From: Acidobacteriota bacterium
GTDB taxonomy: Bacteria; Acidobacteriota; Polarisedimenticolia; Polarisedimenticolales; JBBIHH01
Direction of reading: 5' to 3'
Length of the DNA: 64,000 nucleotides
NCBI GenBank assembly: GCA_037447115.1
Contig: JBBIHH010000004.1
Location: forward strand, 71,060-135,059
The position numbers and the translations under genes are program-made. Shown piece after piece: positions 28,610-37,107 of the stretch. Numbering within the stretch: position 1 is the first letter of the stretch; each line of letters opens with the position of its first letter. The notes beneath the pieces are model-generated. The model searched no databases. It was not told the origin of the DNA and worked only from the letters and a program-made list of their open reading frames with translations.

Positions 28610-28707
28610 TCGTTCCCCCGACCGCGGTTGAAGCGGTAGGCGACGAGGGTCAGGACCGCCAGGAGGAGCCACGAACCCACGACCAGGAGCGATGTCATGG
28701 CCGGCAT
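28606..28707 (-). CDS. Symporter small accessory membrane protein (33 aa; below the ORF-track cutoff)
   Basis: MPAMTSLLVVGSWLLLAVLTLVAYRFNRGRGND has one TM helix plus a basic tail. Its stop overlaps the symporter TTG start (ATTGA). Confidence 0.5.
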   Translation of the reverse strand: MPAMTSLLVVGSWLLLAVLTLVAYRFNRGRGND

Positions 28708-28846
28708 GGAACGCGGATTATACGGGAGGAAGCGCCCACTCCGTCAGGGCTGGCGGGAGGCCGGCCGCCGCGCTAACCTGTCGGGGACCGGCGGGCTCGC
28801 TCCGAGCGAGCCCGGTCCTCGAGACTGCGAAAAAGGAGGGTTGGCC

Positions 28847-29224
28847 ATGAGGAAAATGCTGGGGAGCGCCTTGGCGCTACTGCTCGTGGCGGGGCTGGTC
28901 GTGGCCGCGCCCGGCGGCCAGGAGAAGAAGGAGGGCAGCGAGCAGGCGTCGTCGCCGCAGACGGTCTGGGAGGCTTCCGAGCTTCCCGAAGGCCAGGCGA
29001 AGGCCGTCATCGCCGTTTCGGGCATGACGTGCGGGAAGTGCTGCGTGTCGGTGGAGCAGGCTGTCACGAAGCTCGAGGGCGTGGTCGCCGTGAAGGCGGA
29101 CTACGAGAAGGGCATCGCGAAGGTCATCTACCAGACGGACAAGGTCAAAGTCGAGGACATCGTCAAGACCATCAACGAGAAGACGAGCTTCAAGGCTTCG
29201 CTGCCGCAGAAGCAGGTCGGCTGA
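28847..29224 (+). CDS. Periplasmic heavy-metal-associated (HMA) domain protein (MerP/CopZ-like with signal peptide)
   Basis: ATG at 28847 follows AAAAGGAGGG. Signal peptide MRKMLGSALALLLVAGLVVAAPG. HMA motif SGMTCGKCCVSVEQAV with the beta-alpha-beta-beta-alpha-beta remainder. Confidence 0.85.
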   Translation: MRKMLGSALALLLVAGLVVAAPGGQEKKEGSEQASSPQTVWEASELPEGQAKAVIAVSGMTCGKCCVSVEQAVTKLEGVVAVKADYEKGIAKVIYQTDKVKVEDIVKTINEKTSFKASLPQKQVG

Positions 29225-29256
29225 GCGGCCCCGCCGGCAGCCGTCCTGAAGCGTGA

Positions 29257-29282
29257 GGGCCGGCCGCGCGCCGGCCCTTTTT
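29257..29282 (+). terminator. Rho-independent terminator after the HMA gene
   Basis: GGGCCGGC-CGCGC-GCCGGCCC (8-bp GC stem) followed by TTTTT. Confidence 0.8.
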
Positions 29283-29502
29283 GTCTCGTGCCGGGACCAG
29301 AACGGGCCCGTTTTTCCCGGCGGAACCGGCCCCGGCTTTGCTCGCGACGGGAGGCCACCCGCGCGGCGGAGGCTCGCGGCCCCCGGCTCGCCCTGCGGGA
29401 GAGGGGAGCGCTTGCCGCCCCCCGGGCGGCGCGGCAAGCGAGGGTGAGGCGCCGCCGCGCATGCCGTGGTAGAATCGAGACCAGGCAAGCCGAGGATCGG
29501 GG

Positions 29503-30123
29503 ATGCGCCGCGTGCTCGCACTGATGGCCGTCGGTTGCGCCGTCCTCGCGGCGCAGGCCGCGACCGAGCTCAGCGTGGAGGAGCTGATCGCGCTTCACCG
29601 CGCGGGCCTGAGCGAAGAGACGATCCTCCAGTACGTGGACAAGTACGACATCTGCGTTCCCCTGGGCCCGGCAGACCTGGTGGCGATGGCCGACGCCGGG
29701 GTTCCCGAGACGCTGATCCAGGCGCTCGTGGGAAAGATGGCGGGCTGCGAGGCGGGCGAATCGAGCGCGGGCAAGCGAGCGGGCCGCGGCCGCACCTATG
29801 GGTTCGCTCGGCCCGGTTACTACTACGGCCCGGTCTGCTGCCCAACTCCGTACTACGTGTACGATCCCTTTTTCTACGACCCGTTCTTCTTCAGCTTCGG
29901 CTTCGCCGTCGTCCACGATCCATTCTTCTTGCATCCCCATCGTCACCACCACGGGTTCTTCCATCACCACCACGGGTTCGGTGTGCACCCGCGCCGGGTC
30001 GGGACGGGGGGCCCGGCGCTGAGGACGCGCCCGCCCGGCGGCAGTCCGGCCGGTGGCGCGAGGCTAGCCCCCGGGGCTTCCGGCTCGCGTACCGCCCGCT
30101 CCGCCCGCCCGCGCGGACGCTGA
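29503..30123 (+). CDS. Secreted hypothetical protein with tandem helical motif and aromatic/His-rich C-terminal half
   Basis: Signal peptide MRRVLALMAVGCAVLAAQA. Two copies of an L..aG(l/v)(s/p)EE/ET(i/l)(l/i)q motif. Then YYYGPVCCPTPYYVYDPFFYDPFFFSFGFAVVHDPFFLHPHRHHHGFFHHHHGFGVHP. Confidence 0.6.
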   Translation: MRRVLALMAVGCAVLAAQAATELSVEELIALHRAGLSEETILQYVDKYDICVPLGPADLVAMADAGVPETLIQALVGKMAGCEAGESSAGKRAGRGRTYGFARPGYYYGPVCCPTPYYVYDPFFYDPFFFSFGFAVVHDPFFLHPHRHHHGFFHHHHGFGVHPRRVGTGGPALRTRPPGGSPAGGARLAPGASGSRTARSARPRGR

Positions 30124-31593
30124 CGCGTCCGGCTCCGCAACTCCCCCTCCGGACAGAGCCGCTTGGCGCCGGCCCGGCGCCGGCAGCATCTCCACCTCGG
30201 TCGTCAGCTTGAGCGGGGGCTCTTCCGGAGCGGACCCGGCATAGGTGACCTCCACCAGGAAAGCCCGGCAGCCCGCAGCGGGCGGCGGGACGCGCACTCG
30301 AACCTGCCCTCCAGGTTCGGCTTTCAGAAGTCGGCTCTCCCACCGGGGTCCCAGCGTCTCCAGGCGGAAATCGCAACCGGCGGGATTCGTCGCCTGCCAG
30401 AGCTGGATCTGTGCGGGCGGCTCCGGCAGGCGCACTTCGAGCACACCCGGCGCGGGCCGGACCCAGGTGGGCTCCGCGGGGAGCCGGCCGTCGAGCAGGC
30501 GCCGGTAGAAGGCCGCGATGCTCTCGTGCGCGTCGGAACCGTCGAGCGAATGGTCCGCGTTCGGGACGTAGCGCAGGTACTTGGGGCTGGGCAGGTCCGC
30601 GAAGTAGAAGCGGGAGGAATCGGGCAGGAAATAGGCGTCGCCCGTGGCGTTCACGACGTACTTGGGCATCGTGTAGCGCGCTCGGTAGGCATAGGGATCC
30701 ACGATCGCGCGCAGGCGGGCGAAGGCTTGCGTGCCGAACCAGTCGGGGATGCCCAAGGCGACGTACTCCTCGATGGCGGGCGACCAGAAGCCGTAGACCT
30801 CGCGATGGTGGCGGAAGGAGACCTCGAGGTTGAGACAGTCGATGACCACGGGGATGAGGGCCGCGACGCGCCGGTCCGCGGCCGCCGCGGTCCACGCCGT
30901 CCAGCCGCGCTTGGAGCTGCCGGTGACGACGAAGCGCTCCACCGCGATCCCGAGCGTGTCGCGCGCGTAGATCTCGATGGCGTCCATGGCGCGCACGGCG
31001 GCCTTCGTCATGGGCAGGCGCGGCAGCCAGGTGGCGTCGCCGGTGCGCAGGAAGCGGTCCCAAGCGTAGGCGATCAGCTCGTCTTCCCGGCGGGGCCGGC
31101 CCTCGCCGGCGAACTCGAGCGGCTGGTTGGGCACCATGCGCAACTCCGCCACCAGGCTGCCCGTGACTCGCGCGATCCCGGCCAGAAGCGGGTGCGGCGG
31201 CGGGGCCGGCTGCCCGCGGTCGCCCCCGGCGATGCGCAGCAGCGCCGTGGAATGGCGTACCGCGGAGGGCACGTACAGGACGAGCCAGTGAGTCCAGAGC
31301 GTCCGCTGCACCTCGTGCGATTCGCGCCAGCGCTGGGAGTCCATCTCCAGCCAGTGGACCGCGACGTCGCCGAGCGAGCGTGTCTCGAGGGCCGCGAAGC
31401 GGAACTCGGGGTCGGGACGAGCGACGTAATCGTCGAGCGGCGTCCGCTCCTGTGGCGCGTTCGTGGGCAGCGGCCCGCCGGCACACGCGGCGAGCACGAC
31501 GCCCAGCGCGACGCGACATGCCGCTTTTCCTTTCCGGATCCGGCGGGCCGACGACCCTGGGCCCGCGCCGCGTGGCGCGAGAAAACGGGGCAT
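30064..31593 (-). CDS. PhoPQ-activated pathogenicity-related (PqaA) family lipoprotein
   Basis: Start ATG at 31593; the ORF-track start at 32175 is over-extended. Lipobox VVLAAC. WTHWLVLYVP, VTGSSKRGWTAWTAAA, VIDCLNL and YVPNADHSL resemble the PhoPQ_related family. Confidence 0.7.
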   Translation of the reverse strand: MPRFLAPRGAGPGSSARRIRKGKAACRVALGVVLAACAGGPLPTNAPQERTPLDDYVARPDPEFRFAALETRSLGDVAVHWLEMDSQRWRESHEVQRTLWTHWLVLYVPSAVRHSTALLRIAGGDRGQPAPPPHPLLAGIARVTGSLVAELRMVPNQPLEFAGEGRPRREDELIAYAWDRFLRTGDATWLPRLPMTKAAVRAMDAIEIYARDTLGIAVERFVVTGSSKRGWTAWTAAAADRRVAALIPVVIDCLNLEVSFRHHREVYGFWSPAIEEYVALGIPDWFGTQAFARLRAIVDPYAYRARYTMPKYVVNATGDAYFLPDSSRFYFADLPSPKYLRYVPNADHSLDGSDAHESIAAFYRRLLDGRLPAEPTWVRPAPGVLEVRLPEPPAQIQLWQATNPAGCDFRLETLGPRWESRLLKAEPGGQVRVRVPPPAAGCRAFLVEVTYAGSAPEEPPLKLTTEVEMLPAPGRRQAALSGGGVAEPDASASARAGGAGGTRAGSPGG

Positions 31594-31598
31594 GTCCT

Positions 31599-32981
31599 CT
31601 ATATCGTGGCATGCCTCCGGGCCTGCGCCAGCGCGCGCTCGGGACGGTCCCATCCGGGGGCGATGCGCAAAGCTCGCGCGAGGGGCTCGATCGCCTCCTC
31701 GGTTCGCCCGACTTCCAGGAGCAGCTCGCCGCAGCCGCACCATGCCCAGGGATCGGCCGGGTCGCGCCGCAGCCCCTGGGCGTAGGCCCGCAGGGCTTCC
31801 AGCGGTCGTCCCCGCCTGCGCGCCAAAGCCGCGGCGACGATCCACGGGGCCGCGCCTCCTTCGTCCGCCGCGAGGGCTTTTTGCAGCGCTCGCTCCGCGC
31901 GTTCGAGCTTTCCCAGCGCGAGCAAGAACTCCGCCGCTCGCGCCGGGGCGATCGTGGTCACGAGACCCGGCTCGCTGACCAAGCCCCCGTCCCGTGCGGG
32001 GCGCTCGGCGCACGCCAGCGCCCGCGCCGCCGCGCGCTCCAGGCCTGGCCTCCCGCCTTGCGCTTCGAGGTCCGAGCGCAGCAACTCCAGCGCCGCCCCG
32101 CGGTCGTCCGAGGTTCCGAGAAGCCGGCGCGCCAGCTCCAGCCGCCCTTCGCCCAGACGCGCCGCCGCGCACCAACGCACCGCCTCGACCGCCAGCGGCG
32201 GGGACAGCCGGAGGAGGCCCTCCTCGAGCGCCTGAAGCTCTCCAGCGGCGTCGCGCAGGCGCAGGCCCGGCACCGCCCGATTCCCCACGAGCGGCACGAG
32301 CTCGCGAACGACGAAGAAGCGGAGCGCTGGATCGGCCGGTCGGGCGCGCAAAGCATCGCGCAAGAGCTTCAGGTTGCGCTCCCGCTTCGCTGCCAACCGC
32401 TCCGTGCGCGGGTCGTAGCCGTCATGGCCGACGACGAGCCCGGAAGCGCGCGGCGCGATCGACGCCGCGCCGAGCCGAGCGGCGATAGCCGGGACGATCT
32501 GCTCGTGGATCGCGCCGCGATAGCGGTACTCTGGGCGGCATCGAAACAGGCGCACGAGCGGGTAGCGGCGGCACGGCCGTCCGCCCGCCCGGTCCACGAT
32601 CTCCACCGTCAACGCCTCTTCGCCACAGCGGGCGAGCCAACGCCGAAAAGCCTCCGGCGGCGGCGCCTCTTCGAGCCATTCGTCCGCGTCCACAACGAGC
32701 GCGTACGCCCCCCGAGCGGCCCGAAGCGCCGCATTGCGAGCTTCGGCGAAGTCGTCCCGCCAGGGATGGCTGAAGACACGCGCCCCGAGCCGCCGCGCGA
32801 CGGCGGCCGTGGCGTCGCGCGAACCGGTGTCCGCCACGACGATCTCGTCCACGTAAGCCCGCACGGACTCGATGCAGCGCGGGAGGTTCGTTTCTTCGTC
32901 GCGGACGATCATGCACAGGCTGAGCAAGGGCTGCGGCACAGGACGAGCCGGCAGCAACGGGGATGCCAAGCGACCCTCCAC
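31599..32981 (-). CDS. Family-2 glycosyltransferase with C-terminal TPR-like region
   Basis: LSLCMIVRDEETNLPRCIESV...IVVADTGSRDAT...DDFAEARNAAL...LVVDADE is a GT2 domain. The C-terminal half is Ala/Leu/Arg-rich helical repeats. The exact start is uncertain (GTG at 32981 or internal). Confidence 0.75.
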   Translation of the reverse strand: MEGRLASPLLPARPVPQPLLSLCMIVRDEETNLPRCIESVRAYVDEIVVADTGSRDATAAVARRLGARVFSHPWRDDFAEARNAALRAARGAYALVVDADEWLEEAPPPEAFRRWLARCGEEALTVEIVDRAGGRPCRRYPLVRLFRCRPEYRYRGAIHEQIVPAIAARLGAASIAPRASGLVVGHDGYDPRTERLAAKRERNLKLLRDALRARPADPALRFFVVRELVPLVGNRAVPGLRLRDAAGELQALEEGLLRLSPPLAVEAVRWCAAARLGEGRLELARRLLGTSDDRGAALELLRSDLEAQGGRPGLERAAARALACAERPARDGGLVSEPGLVTTIAPARAAEFLLALGKLERAERALQKALAADEGGAAPWIVAAALARRRGRPLEALRAYAQGLRRDPADPWAWCGCGELLLEVGRTEEAIEPLARALRIAPGWDRPERALAQARRHATI

Positions 32982-33100
32982 GGCGACCGCGGGTTCGGGT
33001 CGAGATCTCGACGGCGCCGGCCGCTTCGTGTCAGCGGCCCGTCGCGCGGCCCGCCGTGCGCGCGGGCGACGCTGGCAATGACCTTGCAGAACGTGCGCCC

Positions 33101-34294
33101 GTGCACTCGCTGGAACAACGACCGGGTAGCCCGCCGTCGTGCCGCGTCCTGGGCGTCATCGGCGAGCCGCCCAACGGGGTGAGCTACGCCCGCTTTTACC
33201 TACCCTTCGGCCACCTCGCCCGCTACGGCTACGCGCTGCGCACCCTGGGACGAGAGATCCGGTTGCGGCGCACCCCGCGCGGCTGGGAGCCGGTGCCGGA
33301 GCTGCTGGAGGGAGTCCGCGCCGTCCTTTTCCCGCAGCTCGTGGCCGAGCCCGTGCTGCGGGACGGTGTGCCGGTACGGCTCGTCGAGCCCCTATGCGAG
33401 ATGGCGCGAACGCGCGGCATCCCTGTGATCTACTCGGCGGACGACCACCTGCGCGCCATCGAGCCCACGAATCCCAACTACCTCCAGGTCCAGGCGGGGC
33501 TGCCGCAGCTCGAGGTGCTGCGGCGCGAGGCGCAGGCAGTCTTCGTCACGACGCCATCGCTGGCGCAGGCGCTGCACGATTGGGGGGCACCGCTTTTCGT
33601 GCTTCCCAACGCGGTGGATCCGGCCCGCGCGCGCCCGAGACCGCGCCGGGCCTTCAAGCCTCGGATCGGTTGGGCGGGATCGAGCGCGCATTTGGACAAC
33701 CTGCTTTTGGTGCTCCCGGCCCTGGAACGCCTCCGGCGGCGGCGAGATTTCGAGCTGGCCATCTTCGGCCTCTGCCCGCACGAGCTCGAGGTCCAGGAAG
33801 CCATGCTGCGATCGCAGCGTCTGCGATGGAGCGGGCCCGAGCGGACCGCCGGCGAGCTTTTCCTGGAGGTCGCCTCCCGCCTGCGAGGGCTCGGGGCGCG
33901 CCACGTTCCCTTCGGACCCCCGGACGCCTACTTCGCGAACCTCGCGGCGCTCGATCTGGATCTCGGGATCTGTCCCCTGCGGGATAGCCCGTTTTCGCGC
34001 TGCAAGTCGGCGCTCAAGTTCTACGAGTACGCCGCCGTGGGAACGATGACCGTCGCCAGCGATGTCGAGCCCTATCGCGGCGAGGTCTCGGTGACGGTGC
34101 CCGAGGACACCGATGCGTGGTGCGACACGCTGGAACGTTACCTGCTGGATCCCTGCGGTCGCGAGCGGGAGCTCGAGGTCCAGCGGGAGTTCGTGTGGCG
34201 AGAGCGCACGATCGAGCGCGTGCTGCCACTGTGGCGAGAGGCTCTTGCCGCAGTCGCCGCCGTGCCGCGCTCGTGCGCGCGGAGTCGGCCATGA
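33101..34294 (+). CDS. Putative glycosyltransferase (GT-B-like; weak assignment)
   Basis: ...RIGWAGSSAHLDNLLLVLPAL...FELAIFG...KSALKFYEYAAVGTMTVASD... resembles GT-B C-terminal nucleotide-sugar domains. The start is uncertain: GTG at 33101 was chosen, and the ORF-track ATG at 32963 overlaps the divergent gene. Confidence 0.4.
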   Translation: MHSLEQRPGSPPSCRVLGVIGEPPNGVSYARFYLPFGHLARYGYALRTLGREIRLRRTPRGWEPVPELLEGVRAVLFPQLVAEPVLRDGVPVRLVEPLCEMARTRGIPVIYSADDHLRAIEPTNPNYLQVQAGLPQLEVLRREAQAVFVTTPSLAQALHDWGAPLFVLPNAVDPARARPRPRRAFKPRIGWAGSSAHLDNLLLVLPALERLRRRRDFELAIFGLCPHELEVQEAMLRSQRLRWSGPERTAGELFLEVASRLRGLGARHVPFGPPDAYFANLAALDLDLGICPLRDSPFSRCKSALKFYEYAAVGTMTVASDVEPYRGEVSVTVPEDTDAWCDTLERYLLDPCGRERELEVQREFVWRERTIERVLPLWREALAAVAAVPRSCARSRP

Positions 34295-37086
34295 ACTTCC
34301 CGAGTCGTGTGAGTCTCGTCACCCCGGTTTACGGCGCGTGGGATTGCCTGCAACGTTGCTGGGAAAGCCTCGCGGCGGATCTCCGGCCTGGCATCGAGTG
34401 GATCCTCGTGAACAACGGTTCCCCGCAGCCGCCGCCGGAGCCTTTGCGGTGCGCGCTGGTCGGCTCGTCCTGGGCGCGTTGGATCGAAAGCCCCGTCAAC
34501 TTGGGCTTCCCGCGGGCGTGCAACCTGGGCGCGCGCGCTGCCACGGGGCACATCGTCGTTTTCCTCGCCAGCGACGTCGTCGTCGCGCCGGGGGGTCTGT
34601 CGCGGCTGCTCGCCCACTTCGGCGCGAAGCGGGTCGGCGCCGTGGGCCCGCGGTCGAACCGCATCGTCGGTACCCAGGGTCTCGAGCGCGTCCCCTACGA
34701 CGAGGAAACCCTGGAGGGCTTCCAGGCTTACGCGGCAGAGCGGGCCGCCTGTCACGAGGGGCGGGCGACTCCCGTGGGAAGGCTCAGCGGTTTTTGCCTC
34801 GCCGTGAAGCGAGAGGTGCTGGAACGCATCGGCGGCTTCGATCCCGCCTTCGGCGTGGGTAACTTCGAGGACGACGACTTCTGCCTGCGCGCGCGTTTGG
34901 CGGGTTTCGAGTTGCTGCAGGCGGAAGACGTGGTGGTTCACCACTTCGGCGGCCGCAGCTTCGCCGCCGCCGGTGTGGACCGGCAAGCGGCGATTCGCGA
35001 GGCGTGGGCCGTCTTCAAGCGCAAATGGCGTCTGCCCCCCGAGCGACCCCTGGAGGGCGGCTACGACGACGCGGAGCTCCTACAGGGAGACTTCGATCCG
35101 GCGCGCCACTTCGTCGCCCTCGACTTGCCCTCGATCTGGCAGCCGTTGCGCGCGGCAGCCGAGGAGGCGCTCGGCCGGGGAGAGCGCGCGCGGGCCTGGG
35201 CGCTGTTTTCCGCGCTGGCGGATCTGGACCCCGACGACGACGATGCGGCGATGTTCGCCGCGGCCCTCGCGCTGGAACGGGGGGACGAGGCGGGCGCGGC
35301 GGCGTCGGCGCTCGGCGTGTTGCAGCGGCGTCCCTTCCACCCCGCGGCGGCGAACCTGCTAGGGGTGGCCTGCTTGGACTCCGGTCGCGCCGGCCTCGCA
35401 CGCCGGGTGTTCGCGCGGGTCCTGGAGCGTGCGCCGAAGTTCGCCACGGCCAAGAAAAACCTGGAGCTCGCCCGCCGCGCGCACGACGGGGCCGCGGCGG
35501 ATGTCGCCGAATTTCCCGAAAGCGGCGTCCGGGCCTGGTGCCGCGAACATCCCCCCGTGCTCGGTGTGTGCGTCGTGGTGCGGTGCGACGTCCGCGAAGC
35601 CTGTGCGCTTTTCGAGGCTGCGGGCTCGGCCCATGCGAAACGGATCGCCGTCGACGCGACCCGCAACGGCGATCTCGCCCGCCGGCTCCCCGAAGCCCAG
35701 GTCGTGCGGGTCAGCCCCGCCGCTTCCGACGACGAGGCGTGGGATGCGGGCCGGCGAGGAGCGCGGACCGACTGGTTGCTGATGCTCGCCGAAGGCGAGC
35801 GTCTCTCCACGGAGGGTCCCCTTCCCTGGAACCGGTGGCTCGCGCGGCGAGGCGTCCTCGCCTATGCGCTGGAGATCGAGACACCCGGAGCCGGCGTGCA
35901 TCGGGAAGTGCGGCTCTTCCGCAATGCCCCTGACGTGCGCCACGATCCGCGCTGCGAGGAAAGCCTGGAGCTGCTGGCCCGCCGCTGGTCGCTGCGGATC
36001 GCGTCGCTTCCCCTGCGCGTGCGGCGCGCGGGGGGAGAGGTGCCGCGCCTTCCGGCCGGCCGGCCGCTTTCTGCCTTCGAGACGGCGCGCGCCGCATGCG
36101 AGCGGGGGGATTGGGAGGCCTGTCTCGAGGCACTGGCCCGCGTGGCCCCGCCCGCCAGCCGCGCCCGGGCGGAAGCGATCGCAACGATCCGGGCCCGCTG
36201 CCTGGTCCGCCTGGAGCGTCACGGAGACACGCGTCAGGCTCTCGCCACGCACCACGAGGCGTGGGGTCCCACGGCGAACACGAGATTCTTCGAGGCCCTA
36301 GCACTCCGGGCCCTCGGTGTGGTCGACGGGGCCCTCGCGGCAGCGGAGGATGCGGCCCGCCGGCTGGCCGAACCGAGTTTCGAGCCTCCGCTGCCGGAAC
36401 TCGTACGGGGCGATCTCGAGGCGTTGTGCGGGTCGTTGCGACTCGAGACGGGCGATCTCGAAGGAGCGTCGCGCGATTTCGCGGCGGCTCGCGCGAAAAC
36501 GCCGGATCATCTCGATGCCACGATGGGGCAGTTGGCGGTGCGCCTCGCGCACGGCGAGGCGGATGTGGTGGGAGAGCTCGGGCCTGTCCTCGAGCGCCAC
36601 GCCCACGTGCCGCGTGCATGGCTCTACGCCGCGGCGCTGCTCGGTTGCGTCCCCCGCGACGAGGAGGCGATCGAAACTTGGGTCGCCGGGGCCCGCACCC
36701 GTCTCGAGGATGCGGATCGGCGGCGGATGGGTCTCGCGGTGCTGCGCGGCGGGCATGCCCGCGCGGCGCGGACGGCCTGGGCGGGCTGCGAGCCGCTGGA
36801 TGCGCCGAGCCGGGCCGCGTGGCTGGCAGCGGCCCTGGCGGTGGGCGCCGCCGACGAGGTCGACGCGCACGCCCACAGCGCAGGGGTCGAGGAAACGCTC
36901 GATTGGTTCCGCCAGTGGTGGGCGGCGGGGGCGTATGCCGCCCTGGACTGCGCGCTGTGCACGCTGGGGGCTTGCGCGGAGAGGCTGCGCGAGCTCGCGC
37001 AGTCCACCGCCGTCTGGCTCGAGCGTATCGGCCAGCTCGAAGCGGCGGCGCAGTTGCGCGGGGAAGTCCGGCCCACGCCGGCGTGA
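34291..37086 (+). CDS. Large family-2 glycosyltransferase with TPR-rich C-terminal two-thirds
   Basis: ATG at 34291 overlaps the previous stop (ATGA). VSLVTPVYGAWDCLQRC...LVNNGS...NLGFPRACNLG...FLASDVVV...GNFEDDDFCLRARLAGF is a GT2 domain. It is followed by about 600 aa of helical repeats. Confidence 0.8.
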   Translation: MNFPSRVSLVTPVYGAWDCLQRCWESLAADLRPGIEWILVNNGSPQPPPEPLRCALVGSSWARWIESPVNLGFPRACNLGARAATGHIVVFLASDVVVAPGGLSRLLAHFGAKRVGAVGPRSNRIVGTQGLERVPYDEETLEGFQAYAAERAACHEGRATPVGRLSGFCLAVKREVLERIGGFDPAFGVGNFEDDDFCLRARLAGFELLQAEDVVVHHFGGRSFAAAGVDRQAAIREAWAVFKRKWRLPPERPLEGGYDDAELLQGDFDPARHFVALDLPSIWQPLRAAAEEALGRGERARAWALFSALADLDPDDDDAAMFAAALALERGDEAGAAASALGVLQRRPFHPAAANLLGVACLDSGRAGLARRVFARVLERAPKFATAKKNLELARRAHDGAAADVAEFPESGVRAWCREHPPVLGVCVVVRCDVREACALFEAAGSAHAKRIAVDATRNGDLARRLPEAQVVRVSPAASDDEAWDAGRRGARTDWLLMLAEGERLSTEGPLPWNRWLARRGVLAYALEIETPGAGVHREVRLFRNAPDVRHDPRCEESLELLARRWSLRIASLPLRVRRAGGEVPRLPAGRPLSAFETARAACERGDWEACLEALARVAPPASRARAEAIATIRARCLVRLERHGDTRQALATHHEAWGPTANTRFFEALALRALGVVDGALAAAEDAARRLAEPSFEPPLPELVRGDLEALCGSLRLETGDLEGASRDFAAARAKTPDHLDATMGQLAVRLAHGEADVVGELGPVLERHAHVPRAWLYAAALLGCVPRDEEAIETWVAGARTRLEDADRRRMGLAVLRGGHARAARTAWAGCEPLDAPSRAAWLAAALAVGAADEVDAHAHSAGVEETLDWFRQWWAAGAYAALDCALCTLGACAERLRELAQSTAVWLERIGQLEAAAQLRGEVRPTPA

Positions 37087-37107
37087 TTCGGCGACGGCGC
37101 TCACGGC

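Noticed and set aside
30064-32175. ORF-track 5' extensions, where the true gene appears to start well downstream. The affected ORFs are the 703-aa ORF at 30064-32175, the 664-aa ORF at 40679-42673, the 683-aa ORF at 38075-40126, the 355-aa ORF at 41656-42723, the 698-aa ORF at 48088-50184 and the 1269-aa ORF at 21961-25770.
   Set aside because: In each case the N-terminal extension is Arg/Gly/Pro/Ala junk that overlaps the upstream gene. An internal ATG, GTG or TTG sits exactly at a start/stop overlap or behind a Shine-Dalgarno sequence, followed by the recognisable domain start. Trimmed coordinates are used in the feature list.
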